Part shown: piece after piece, positions 1-10,503 of the stretch | Numbering within the stretch: the stretch's first letter is position 1 | Layout: the number at the start of each line of letters is the position of its first letter | NCBI GenBank assembly: GCA_041288095.1 | Contig: JBGGMJ010000211.1 | Location: forward strand, 1-64,000 | Length of the DNA: 64,000 nt | Direction of reading: 5' to 3' | Source: Myxococcota bacterium | GTDB taxonomy: Bacteria; Myxococcota; XYA12-FULL-58-9; JALHOP01 | Made by a program: the position numbers and the translations under genes | The notes under the pieces: generated by a model | Database searches by the model: none | Told to the model about the DNA's origin: nothing | The model's input: only the letters and a program-made list of their open reading frames with translations

Positions 1-207
1 GCATTCCGCTAACGCGGACACGCCGACATATGGCAGCCTCCGGAAGCGAAGCACAACCCCGGCGGCTCATGCAGAACCCCTTAAACCCCAAGCCGGCGAG
101 GGCCCCCGGGTCTCCTCCACCCCCTCGGTGCAGATCCACCGAGGCCCCAAACAGCAGACGCTAAAACGGCTCGCAAGCGCCAGCGTCACGACCTCGCAAG
201 CGCACAC

Positions 208-2007
<1,800 letters not shown>

Positions 2008-2065
2008 GTGGCGGGCGGGTCATACAGGAAGCGCCCGGGTTCCGGAAGGCCGACCAACGCGCCCT

Positions 2066-2428
2066 TCACTTCGGAGGAGTGACCGTGCCGCTGCGCAGGT
2101 TGCGAGCGATGCGCGCTAGGACGTCCGCGCCCTCGGTGTTGCCTTGCTGGCGCAGCTGCACGCCACACCTGGAGACTTGATTTGCCATGCGCCCGAGCTC
2201 GGTCGTGACTGGGCGGCCACCCGCGACATTGCTGCTCGTGTAACCCAGCAGGCCGCCGGTCCAGCTCTCGTCCCTCGAGTAGCCGGCACTGTTGGCGTCG
2301 AAGTTGAGGCGGGTGACGTGGTGCCAGTCGTTGCCGGTGATGGTGACCTGGTTGCCCGTGACCGCCACGTTGGCGTTAAAGCCAGCGAGGGGATTTCCAG
2401 GGATGACGAGGTTGCAAGTGCTGCCCAT
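2066..2428 (-). CDS. Orphan hypothetical protein, 120 aa, with sigma-28-like promoter
   Basis: ORF fills the gap before lepA; no recognisable domain; promoter motif at 2480-2506. Confidence 0.7.
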   Translation of the reverse strand: MGSTCNLVIPGNPLAGFNANVAVTGNQVTITGNDWHHVTRLNFDANSAGYSRDESWTGGLLGYTSSNVAGGRPVTTELGRMANQVSRCGVQLRQQGNTEGADVLARIARNLRSGTVTPPK

Positions 2429-2479
2429 GGTGGAGGCTTCCTAGTGTACAGCTCGGCCAAATCGACCGTTCTGTAGCTA

Positions 2480-2506
2480 GTATCGGCAGCCGAACCGCCC
2501 GGTTGC
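2480..2506 (-). promoter_or_regulatory. sigma-28 (FliA/WhiG)-like promoter
   Basis: Minus strand GCAA-N15-GCCGATAC, about 50 nt upstream of ATG 2428. Confidence 0.75.
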
Positions 2507-2575
2507 GTGGAAATCGGTGACTTTTCAGCACCCTCGCGAAACAACCCAAAGCGGACTCTCGGGCCTATGTAGGGC

Positions 2576-2989
2576 ATGGCAGCCGAGATCACAGCCAGAG
2601 CCTGGACGCTCTACGCGGCGAAGCCCGAGGCCCGCGACTTCACCGAGCGCCTGGCCCGGGATCGCACGAACACCCGCGATCCCATGGTTCGTGACTATGC
2701 GCTCTCCGTTAATATCCATGTCGACAGAGAGAAGGCCCAAGCCGTGGTCACCGCCGACACCTTCGGGACGGCCGCGCTGAACGCTGCCGCCGCGGCGGCC
2801 ATCATCGGCGACGTGAAAGCGCAGGCGCATGCCAGTCGACGCTACGAAGTCATGATCGCGAACTCACCGATGCAGACCGGCTTGGCCGCGGCGCTCGCCG
2901 CGCTCATGAAGGACGCCGGCGCCGTAGCTTATCCAGGCGAGTTATACACGGAGCCGGCAACCTGCTTCGTGGTCACTCGACCAGCTTGA
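2576..2989 (+). CDS. Hypothetical protein, 137 aa
   Basis: ATG start, GC3-rich codons, no recognisable family. Confidence 0.65.
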   Translation: MAAEITARAWTLYAAKPEARDFTERLARDRTNTRDPMVRDYALSVNIHVDREKAQAVVTADTFGTAALNAAAAAAIIGDVKAQAHASRRYEVMIANSPMQTGLAAALAALMKDAGAVAYPGELYTEPATCFVVTRPA

Positions 2990-3149
2990 GCTGCCCGGGC
3001 AGCTTGTCGGCGTGCTGCTTCAAGACGAGGTCGATGCCTTCGCGGATGTACTCGGCGACCGGCACCTTGGTGCGCGCGTGCAGCTGCTTGAGTCGCGCGT
3101 GTTGTTGCGGCGTCAGGTAGACCGTCGTCGATATCTTCTTGTCCGACAC
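2973..3149 (-). CDS. cdbA: Ribbon-helix-helix DNA-binding protein, CdbA-like (58 aa; not in ORF track)
   Basis: Manual translation MSDKKISTTVYLTPQQHARLKQLHARTKVPVAEYIREGIDLVLKQHADKLPGQLKLVE; closely resembles the myxobacterial CdbA pattern KK.STT.Y.T..Q...LK.L...TKVPVAEYIR.GIDLVL (recalled, not aligned). Confidence 0.85.
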   Translation of the reverse strand: MSDKKISTTVYLTPQQHARLKQLHARTKVPVAEYIREGIDLVLKQHADKLPGQLKLVE

Positions 3150-3364
3150 GCGGCGGACCCTACGAGTGCCACGCCTCGAGTGTCAACGCTCTGACGCGGT
3201 GGGCCGTCTACTCGACCCTACATGGCGCGTGAGGCTAGTCACATCTCGGAATTTACGGCCGAATTTTGTTTTCTATAGCGGATAAATGGCTGAATGCACC
3301 ACAGCAGACTAGCGTCGGTATGCCCGGGCGAACAATCACCCTCGCCCAGCTAGGAGCATCGGTA

Positions 3365-3967
3365 ATGAAGCGCGGAGCAATAACGCTTGGCCTTGCGTCG
3401 TTGGTGTTGTGCACCTCGACTGTCGCTATGGCGGACCCCGGTAAGCACGACGGGTTCTATATGCAACTCCAAGGCGGTCTCGGTTACTACAGCTCGTCGG
3501 CATCGTCCGGCGGGTTCGAGCAGTCGTACTCAGGTCTCACCATTCCCGCCGCCCTCCTCCTTGGACGCACGGCGTTCATTCCTGGCTTGAGCATCGGTGG
3601 CGGTCTCATCTTCGATACCGCCCCGTCGCCGGGCGCCGAGATCAACGGCACCGAGGTTAGCGCCAGCTTCAAACAGTTCCTCATCGGTCTGGTCGGCTTC
3701 GCGGACTATTACCTGCAACCGGAGGGCGGCTTGCACCTGCAAGCCTACGCTGGTTGGGGCGGTCTCGAGACCTCGACCGCCGGCGGCGTCGGCGGCAGTG
3801 ACCCCACGGGTCTCCTCCTCGGCCTCGGCGCGGGCTATGACTTCTTCATCTCCGACGAGTGGAGCTTCGGCGTCATGGGCCGCTTGAGCTACGGCGCCTT
3901 CTCGATCGGCGGCGTCGGCTTCTCGACCATCGCCCCGGCCGTGGTCGCGACCCTCACCTACAACTAG
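3365..3967 (+). CDS. Small outer-membrane beta-barrel protein
   Basis: Signal peptide MKRGAITLGLASLVLCTSTVAMA from ATG 3365 with GGAG RBS; alternating beta strands; C-terminal LTYN. Confidence 0.75.
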   Translation: MKRGAITLGLASLVLCTSTVAMADPGKHDGFYMQLQGGLGYYSSSASSGGFEQSYSGLTIPAALLLGRTAFIPGLSIGGGLIFDTAPSPGAEINGTEVSASFKQFLIGLVGFADYYLQPEGGLHLQAYAGWGGLETSTAGGVGGSDPTGLLLGLGAGYDFFISDEWSFGVMGRLSYGAFSIGGVGFSTIAPAVVATLTYN

Positions 3968-4010
3968 GCAGTGCCTTGCGGCCCGGGCGCTTCTGCCGCA
4001 CAACCTGTGC

Positions 4011-4688
4011 ATGCTGAAGGCGCTCGGGCTGCTGGTTTTCGTTGGTCTCGTGGCCTGTGCAGGCTCCTCGCGAGACCCGGCCAAGGCGGCAAGCCTCGAA
4101 GCCACGTCCGCCGCAACGGACGACCGCGAGGCCTACGCCAAGGAACGCAACCTCGCGCTCAAGAGCTTCGACCTCAACCGCGACAAGAAGCCCGACGTCT
4201 TCAAGTTCTATCGCATAGCGCCCGACCCCGCCGCCGCCGGCCAAAACGTCGAGCAGCTCGTGCGCAAGGACGTCGACCTCAATCACGACGGCAAGGTCGA
4301 TGTCATCCGTCTCTATGACGGCAAGAACCAGGTGACCGAGGAGCGTACCGACCTCGACTTCGACGGCCGCTACGACGAGCTCGCGTTCTTCGAAGCAGCC
4401 CAGCTCACCCGCAAGGAGATCGACCTCGACTACGACGGCAAGCCCGAGATTGTCCGCTATTACGCCGACAACAAGCTCGGCCGCGTCGAGACCGATCGCA
4501 ACGGCGACGGCAAGGTGGACGCCTGGGAATACTACGAGGGCGGCAAGCTCGAGCGCATCGGCACCGACAACGACGGCGACGGCATCGTCGACAAGTGGGA
4601 GCGCCGCACCACCGCCAACGCCCCCGCGCCGGAGACCGTCCCAGCCGCGCCCGAGCCGGAGCTCACCGCGCCGCCCGCGAAGCGCTGA
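4011..4688 (+). CDS. Lipoprotein with tandem Dx[DN]xDG Ca-binding-type repeats
   Basis: Lipobox LVAC; repeats DLNRDKKPD, DLNHDGKVD, DLDFDGRYD, DLDYDGKPE, DRNGDGKVD, DNDGDGIVD at roughly 22-aa spacing. Confidence 0.8.
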   Translation: MLKALGLLVFVGLVACAGSSRDPAKAASLEATSAATDDREAYAKERNLALKSFDLNRDKKPDVFKFYRIAPDPAAAGQNVEQLVRKDVDLNHDGKVDVIRLYDGKNQVTEERTDLDFDGRYDELAFFEAAQLTRKEIDLDYDGKPEIVRYYADNKLGRVETDRNGDGKVDAWEYYEGGKLERIGTDNDGDGIVDKWERRTTANAPAPETVPAAPEPELTAPPAKR

Positions 4689-4700
4689 GCCGGGGCGACC

Positions 4701-5387
4701 TTACTCGCTCTTCACGACCCAGCCCGCGATATCCGCGGCCACCAGTTGCTGCTTCGCGAGAGTCGCGGCCTCGGAGCTCGGGAAGACGCCAAGGCGCACA
4801 CGATGCCATGTGCCCTTGCCGGCGATCTGCATGGCGACGACGTAAGGTGAGTAACCCTTGCGCTTGAGCGACGACGCGTAGGCCGTCGCCTCTTCGGCCG
4901 TTTGGAAAGAGCTGACCTGGATGGTGTACTCGCCGCTCTTGGCTGGGCCCTTGGCGAGTCCCGTCGCGGTATCGGAAGCAGGCTCCAGCGCCGGGGCTGG
5001 AGCGGGCACGGGTGCCGGAGCAGGAGCCGCGGGCGCGGCGACACGCGCCGGCTCGACCGCGTCGGTCGCGATCTTGGTCGTGTCGGGAGCGCGGGTCTTC
5101 TTGTTGGGCAGGGGCTCGGCGGCGGCGACCGTCGGGCGCTCGCCGTGGTTCTGCGTGAGGCGTGCGTAATACGTCAGCTCGTCGTGCAGCTTGTGCTCGG
5201 CATCGATCTGCTTCAGCGGATCCGAAGGCTGCTCGTGCTGCGCGGCGCTGAGCTTCTCGGCCCGCCGGCCCACCATCACGCCGAGCGCGAAGGTCATGCC
5301 GAGGGCGACCAACCCGCCCAAGGTGAGCCACACGATCTGCGAACGCGCGCTGCCTAGGTGGGTTTGGATCTTGCGTACGTCTCTCAC
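4701..5387 (-). CDS. SPOR-domain protein (FtsN/DedD-like)
   Basis: N-terminal TM helix, Pro/Ala linker, C-terminal YTIQVSSFQT...WHRVRLGVF; directly downstream of argS, a common arrangement. Confidence 0.9.
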   Translation of the reverse strand: MRDVRKIQTHLGSARSQIVWLTLGGLVALGMTFALGVMVGRRAEKLSAAQHEQPSDPLKQIDAEHKLHDELTYYARLTQNHGERPTVAAAEPLPNKKTRAPDTTKIATDAVEPARVAAPAAPAPAPVPAPAPALEPASDTATGLAKGPAKSGEYTIQVSSFQTAEEATAYASSLKRKGYSPYVVAMQIAGKGTWHRVRLGVFPSSEAATLAKQQLVAADIAGWVVKSE

Positions 5388-5389
5388 GA

Positions 5390-7096
5390 CTACTCCGTTG
5401 CGTCGTCCAAGCTCATGCGGTCCGGGGCGGAGACGCCCAAGATGCCGAGCAGTGCTTTCAGCGTGACCCGCAAGCCCTCACAGAGGAGCAAGCGTGCCCG
5501 CGTCTTCACTGGGTCCGCCGAGACGACGCGCTCGGTGCCCTTGTACTGCGAGTAATAACTGTGGAACTGCGCGATCAGGTCCTGGATGTAATGGACCACT
5601 TGGTGCGGCTCGCGGCTCACGGCCGCATCCACGACGACCTCGGGAGCGCGCAGCATGGTCTTCACCAGGGCGATCTCTTCCGGCAGCGTCAGCGCATCCA
5701 AGGCGCCCGGCGAGTACACCGGACGCGGCACGCCCTGCTCATCCGCCTTGCGGACAATCGCGCACATACGCGCGTGACCCATCTGGGCGTAGAACACCGG
5801 GTTATCGAGCGTCTTCTTGGTGGCGAGCTCGAGGTCGAAGTCCATCTGTGCGTCGGATCGGCGCATGATGAAGAAGTAGCGGAACGCATCCGGCCCGACT
5901 TGTTCGAGAACTTCGCGCAGCCAGACCGCGGTGCCGAGGCGCTTGCCCATACGCACCGCTTCACCGCCGCGCGAGATGCTGACGATCTGGATGAGGATGA
6001 CCTCGAGCGCCTTGGCGTCGTACCCCAGAGCCGCGATACCCGCGCGGACGCGCGCCACGTAGCCGCCATGGTCGGCGCCGAGCACGTTCACGAGCCCCAC
6101 GAAGCCGCGCTTGAGCTTGTCTTCGTGGTAGGCAAGGTCCGCTGTAACGTACGTTGGCCGTCCGTCTTCGCGGATGAGCACGCGGTCCTTGTCGTCGCCG
6201 AAGGTGGTCGAGCGGAACCAGGTCTTGCCCTCTTCCATGAAGATGTGACCCAGGCCCTCTAGCCGTTTGACGAATGCCGGCAGGCCGACGCGCTCGGAGA
6301 GCTCGCGCTCGCTCACGAACGAATCGAAGCGCACGTTGAACGCCGAGAGGTCGTCCTTGATGCGCTTCATCATCAGCGCGATGCCACGACCCTTGAGCTT
6401 CTCGATCCATTCGCTCTCGGGTTTGTCGAGCAGCGCCTCGCCGACCTCGGCGTGCACGGCGCGAGCAATGTCGGTGATGTATTCGCCGGGATAGAAGTCC
6501 TCGGGCGGCGAGAACGGCCGGCCGCACAGCTCCGCGTAACGCAGGTAGATCGAGCGCGCCATGACGTCGGTCTGATTGCCGAGGTCGTTGATGTAGTACT
6601 CGCGCGCCACCGAGAAGCCGGCCGCGTCCAGGAGCGATGCGACGACGTCGCCAACGACCGCGCCGCGGCCGTGGCCCAGGTGCAGCGGGCCGGTCGGATT
6701 CGCGCTCACGAACTCGACGAGGACGCGCTTGCCTTCGCCGTGATTGGTGCGCACGAAGCCCTCACCCGCGGCGAGTGCTTCGGCGAAGCTCTCCATCACG
6801 GCTTTCTGCGTGATGAAGAAGTTGATGAACCCCGGGCCAGCGACCTCGCACTTGGCGATGAGCCCACCACCGTCGCCGACCTCGCGCTGGATGAGCCCGG
6901 CAATCTCGCGCGGATTCTTCTTGGCGCTCTTGGCGACGAGCATGGCGAGGTTGGAGGCGAAGTCGCCATGCGCTGCTTCTTTGGGCGGCGAGAGAGCGAC
7001 CGCTGGGAGGTCGCCCGTGAGCGCGCCGGAAGCTTGAAGGCGGGTGAGCGTGCCTTCGAGATGCTTCGCGAGCTTGGTTCGAATGGAGACCACCAT
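5390..7096 (-). CDS. argS: Arginine--tRNA ligase
   Basis: VEFVSANPTGPLHLGHGRGA HIGH motif, GADHGGY, MGKR; 568 aa. Confidence 0.99.
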   Translation of the reverse strand: MVVSIRTKLAKHLEGTLTRLQASGALTGDLPAVALSPPKEAAHGDFASNLAMLVAKSAKKNPREIAGLIQREVGDGGGLIAKCEVAGPGFINFFITQKAVMESFAEALAAGEGFVRTNHGEGKRVLVEFVSANPTGPLHLGHGRGAVVGDVVASLLDAAGFSVAREYYINDLGNQTDVMARSIYLRYAELCGRPFSPPEDFYPGEYITDIARAVHAEVGEALLDKPESEWIEKLKGRGIALMMKRIKDDLSAFNVRFDSFVSERELSERVGLPAFVKRLEGLGHIFMEEGKTWFRSTTFGDDKDRVLIREDGRPTYVTADLAYHEDKLKRGFVGLVNVLGADHGGYVARVRAGIAALGYDAKALEVILIQIVSISRGGEAVRMGKRLGTAVWLREVLEQVGPDAFRYFFIMRRSDAQMDFDLELATKKTLDNPVFYAQMGHARMCAIVRKADEQGVPRPVYSPGALDALTLPEEIALVKTMLRAPEVVVDAAVSREPHQVVHYIQDLIAQFHSYYSQYKGTERVVSADPVKTRARLLLCEGLRVTLKALLGILGVSAPDRMSLDDATE

Positions 7097-7165
7097 GACC
7101 CTAGGACCTTCCTCGCCCAGCCTGGATCACGCGATCGTAAGAGCGCGCGCCCGACTGGTCAAAAA

Positions 7166-7402
7166 TCAGGCGTTAAAACGCGCGGCCAAATACCCGGATA
7201 AACAAAGCAAAGCGAGGCTCGTCATGATCAGCCAGCAGCCGAAGACGCGGGGCGACATGGTGGTTGCGCCGGCGAGCGTGAACCCGCCCGCCCCCTGTAC
7301 CGGTGCCTTCGCCGCCCGACGCACCAGTGCGATGCCGCCGATGAGCACCAACAATTCGATGAAACTGACCAACGCCAGCAGAATCGCGGCGCGCCCTTGC
7401 AT
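7166..7402 (-). CDS. Small hypothetical membrane protein (2 TM)
   Basis: 78 aa with two hydrophobic stretches; fills the gap before argS. Confidence 0.5.
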   Translation of the reverse strand: MQGRAAILLALVSFIELLVLIGGIALVRRAAKAPVQGAGGFTLAGATTMSPRVFGCWLIMTSLALLCLSGYLAARFNA

Positions 7403-7463
7403 GGTGCGGCCCGTAGCACGCGCGTTGCTAAGTGACTAGTGGAGCTGCATTCTAGGGCCCCGC

Positions 7464-8552
7464 ATGGACGCTACCTCCGCGAGCCTTCTGAAACGCGCCG
7501 CGCTCGACGCGCTCAACACACGTCCTTTCCGCGCGCCGCTGTGGCTGCGGAGCGGACACGCGCAGACCCTCTATCCGCACCTTCTGCGCCGCCCGCTGCT
7601 GCCGCCGTTGACCCGCGAGCAATGGCCGACGAGCGACGGTGACGTGCTGAGCATCCATCATCTCGAAGGTCGCGAGACCTACCCCCGCGTCGTGCTCATC
7701 CACGGGCTCGAGGGGGGCCTGACGTCGAGCTACATCAAGGGCCTGGTCGTCGCCCTCCATGGCGAAGGCTACCCCGCGACGGTCATGGAACACCGCTCCT
7801 GCGATGGTCGAATGAACCGCGCAAAGCGGCTGTACCATTTGGGAGAGACGACGGATTTGGCGCACGTGGTGACCGAGCTCGTGCGCCGCGAGCCGGGCCG
7901 CCGGCTGGTGCTCTGCGGGTTCTCGCTCGGAGGCAACCAGGTGCTCAAGTGGCTCGGAGAGTCGCCGGCGTCGGTCCCAGCCCAGGTGCTCTCCGCCATC
8001 GCGGTCTCGCCACCGTTCGATCTGATGGTCTCGGGCCCGCACATGGATCGCGTGCTCTTCGGCCAGTACACCAAGCACTTCCTGCGGTCGCTGATCCCGA
8101 AGGCGCTCGCCAAGGCCGAGCAGTTCCCGGGGGTCCTCGACGTCGAGCGTATTCGGCGCGCGCGCACCTTCAAGGAGTTCGACACCTATGCCACCGCTGC
8201 CCTGCACGGCTTCGCCGACGCGCGCGACTACTGGACCCGGGTCTCGAGCGGTCAGTTCCTGCCCCACATCGAAGTGCCGACGTTGCTGATTGCTTCAGCG
8301 GACGACCCATTCAACCCGGGCCGCACTCTGCCGCGTGAGCTCGCCGCCAAGTCGCCGTACCTCATTGCCCAGCTCACCAAGCGTGGTGGCCACGTCGGCT
8401 TCGTCACGGGCTCGCCGCGCCGGCCTCGCTTCTGGGCGGACGAGCAAATCGTCGCGTACCTAGGGGTTCTGCGGCGGCGCATCTCCGCGCCAGATGCCGC
8501 CGTCGACGTCGCCGACGTAGCAAACGCCGGGTACGCACGACACCACGCGTAG
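7464..8552 (+). CDS. YheT-like alpha/beta hydrolase
   Basis: GHAQT, HGLEGG, GFSLGG nucleophile elbow, ADDPF, GGHVGF. Confidence 0.92.
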   Translation: MDATSASLLKRAALDALNTRPFRAPLWLRSGHAQTLYPHLLRRPLLPPLTREQWPTSDGDVLSIHHLEGRETYPRVVLIHGLEGGLTSSYIKGLVVALHGEGYPATVMEHRSCDGRMNRAKRLYHLGETTDLAHVVTELVRREPGRRLVLCGFSLGGNQVLKWLGESPASVPAQVLSAIAVSPPFDLMVSGPHMDRVLFGQYTKHFLRSLIPKALAKAEQFPGVLDVERIRRARTFKEFDTYATAALHGFADARDYWTRVSSGQFLPHIEVPTLLIASADDPFNPGRTLPRELAAKSPYLIAQLTKRGGHVGFVTGSPRRPRFWADEQIVAYLGVLRRRISAPDAAVDVADVANAGYARHHA

Positions 8553-10493
8553 CTCGCGCTCGCCGACGCGCCGCCAGAACCAGCGCTGGCCATCGAAGGT
8601 CTGCGCCACCAAACCGCTCTCGGTGCCCTGCCCCTGGTCGACGATGCCGACCGCGATGCAGCTCTGGTAGCCCGTGCACTGGACGTCGTTGAAGATGCCG
8701 CTCGCTGGAACGTCGAGCACCTTGGCGAACACCGCGTCCTCGGCCGCGCCGGCGCTGACGCCGCGCTCGAGACCATCGACGGTGACCGCGCCCACGCAAT
8801 AAGCACCGGCGGCGTCGTAGCTACAGTCCGCTCCAGCGGCCTCGCCGGGGCCGAACACCACGAAGTCGGTGTACGGGAATTCCGTGATCAAGAGACCCGC
8901 GGTTCGATCGGGGAAGGTTCCGGTTCCTACGCCCGCGATGATCACCGAGGTCGTTCCGGAGCGCCCGCGCACGCCGCTCCACCCGAAGTCAGCCGAAGAC
9001 GGAAGCGTCGCGGCGATGCTCGTGAAGTCGCTGGCCACGAAGTCCGTGACGTAGGCCAGCGTGACGGCGCTGCCGTTCTTGCTGACGCTCAAGCAACCGA
9101 GGGGATCGATGGAGTTGCCGCAGGCAAGCCAGCGCGTTGGACCGATGGCGACGCCGGTCGGCTGACCAATGCGCTTTCTCGTGACTTCGGGGGTCGCGCC
9201 GAACGTTTGGGCAATGCGCACGGCGTTGCACGTGCCGCCGCGCGCCACCAGGCAGTCGTCGGCGATGCACTGAACGCCGCTGATGTTGATGGCGACGCTG
9301 GTGTCGTCGGTCGTGTCGTCGCAGCTCTTGGCGCCGGTCAACGCGCTCGCATAGTCGAGCGGCACGAAGTCATTGCCGTTCGTCGTCCGCCGTAGCGTTC
9401 CATCGAGCGTGCCGGCGAGCACGTGCGTGCCGCTGGCCACCGAGAGCGAGAGCACGCGTTGGCCCGCGTCCTCCCCGACCTCGAGCTGATCGAATCGATA
9501 GAGCGGACCCACGGTATAGACGTCGGGCGTCGACTCCTTGGCATAGATGAAGCGGCGCACGGACACCCTGCCAGTCTTGGAGCCGACCGGCACCTTCGCG
9601 GTCACGGTCGTGTCGCTCGCGGTATCGACGGTGGCAACGCGCTCGTCACCTGGACCATTCTCGCCCTCGAAGACGAGGGTGAGCTCATCCGCCAAGGAAC
9701 CGAAGCGCTCGCCGGTTATGGTGACCTGCTGCTCGTCGAAGCCGTAGTCGGGTGAGACGCTGGTGACGATGATGGGCTCGTCGGTCGTGGCGCTGATCGA
9801 CGGAGACAGATCGCCGAGGCGGAAAACGCCCTTCTCGACGTTCATCTTGAACGCGTAGGCCGAGTTGCTGTCGAGTCCCAGAACCGTGGCGCTGGTCGCC
9901 GAGCCGGCGACGTGGACCGACGGCGAGGTGTCGGTGACTTCAGTCGAGCCCGGCTCGGAGCGATACACATTGAAGCCGCTGGCGCCGTCGACAGCGTCCC
10001 AAGCGAGGACCACGCCACCGCCGCCGATGCGTGCCACTCTGAAATTCGGGGCCAAGCCGGGCTTGGTGAGCACCGCGCGAACGACGCTCGACGGGCTCTC
10101 GAGGCCGTCACGCACCGCGATCACGTACACGTAGTAAGGCGTCTCCGGCGTGAGCCCGGTGACGCGCGGGAACTCCGTGCCCTCTCCGACGAGCGTGAAC
10201 GGGCCGGACTGTGCACCGCTATAGTAGACCTTGTAGGTGCAGCAGCTCGCGGGAGCCTCATGGGTCCAGCGCACCAGCATGGTCGTCGAGGTCACGTCGT
10301 AGACCTGAATATTGAGTTGCGGCGCGACCGGTGCCAGCGGACCGGCGTCGCCTGGGTCACCCTCGTCGGTGTCCTCGTCGGTCGCGTCGTCGTCGGTTGG
10401 CGTATCGTCGCGGACGAGATCCGTCCCGCCACACGACACGATGCTCGCTGCCCCAAAGGCCATGAGGGCGGCCACCGTCAACCTGCGGATCAT
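8460..10493 (-). CDS. Surface lipoprotein with two fibronectin type III domains, an IPT/TIG domain and a C-terminal propeller-like region
   Basis: Lipobox IVSC; VTGLTPETPYYVYVIAV and LAWDAVDGASGFNVYRS (FN3); VTSVSP..VTITGERF (IPT). Confidence 0.8.
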   Translation of the reverse strand: MIRRLTVAALMAFGAASIVSCGGTDLVRDDTPTDDDATDEDTDEGDPGDAGPLAPVAPQLNIQVYDVTSTTMLVRWTHEAPASCCTYKVYYSGAQSGPFTLVGEGTEFPRVTGLTPETPYYVYVIAVRDGLESPSSVVRAVLTKPGLAPNFRVARIGGGGVVLAWDAVDGASGFNVYRSEPGSTEVTDTSPSVHVAGSATSATVLGLDSNSAYAFKMNVEKGVFRLGDLSPSISATTDEPIIVTSVSPDYGFDEQQVTITGERFGSLADELTLVFEGENGPGDERVATVDTASDTTVTAKVPVGSKTGRVSVRRFIYAKESTPDVYTVGPLYRFDQLEVGEDAGQRVLSLSVASGTHVLAGTLDGTLRRTTNGNDFVPLDYASALTGAKSCDDTTDDTSVAINISGVQCIADDCLVARGGTCNAVRIAQTFGATPEVTRKRIGQPTGVAIGPTRWLACGNSIDPLGCLSVSKNGSAVTLAYVTDFVASDFTSIAATLPSSADFGWSGVRGRSGTTSVIIAGVGTGTFPDRTAGLLITEFPYTDFVVFGPGEAAGADCSYDAAGAYCVGAVTVDGLERGVSAGAAEDAVFAKVLDVPASGIFNDVQCTGYQSCIAVGIVDQGQGTESGLVAQTFDGQRWFWRRVGERELRVVSCVPGVCYVGDVDGGIWRGDAPPQNP

Positions 10494-10503
10494 TCCCCTA
10501 AAG

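Noticed and set aside
1..29. GCAT-N17-GCCGACAT resembling the sigma-28 motif
   Set aside because: Wrong spacing, mismatched boxes, and only a very short ORF follows
2520..2575. sigma-28 motif for the 2576-2989 gene
   Set aside because: Only GCCTATGT, with no correctly spaced GCAAC; not counted in the regulon
7414..7430. TAGCACG-CGCG-TTGCTA as a sigma-54 promoter
   Set aside because: Lacks the invariant GG at -24; may be a chance or unrelated palindrome
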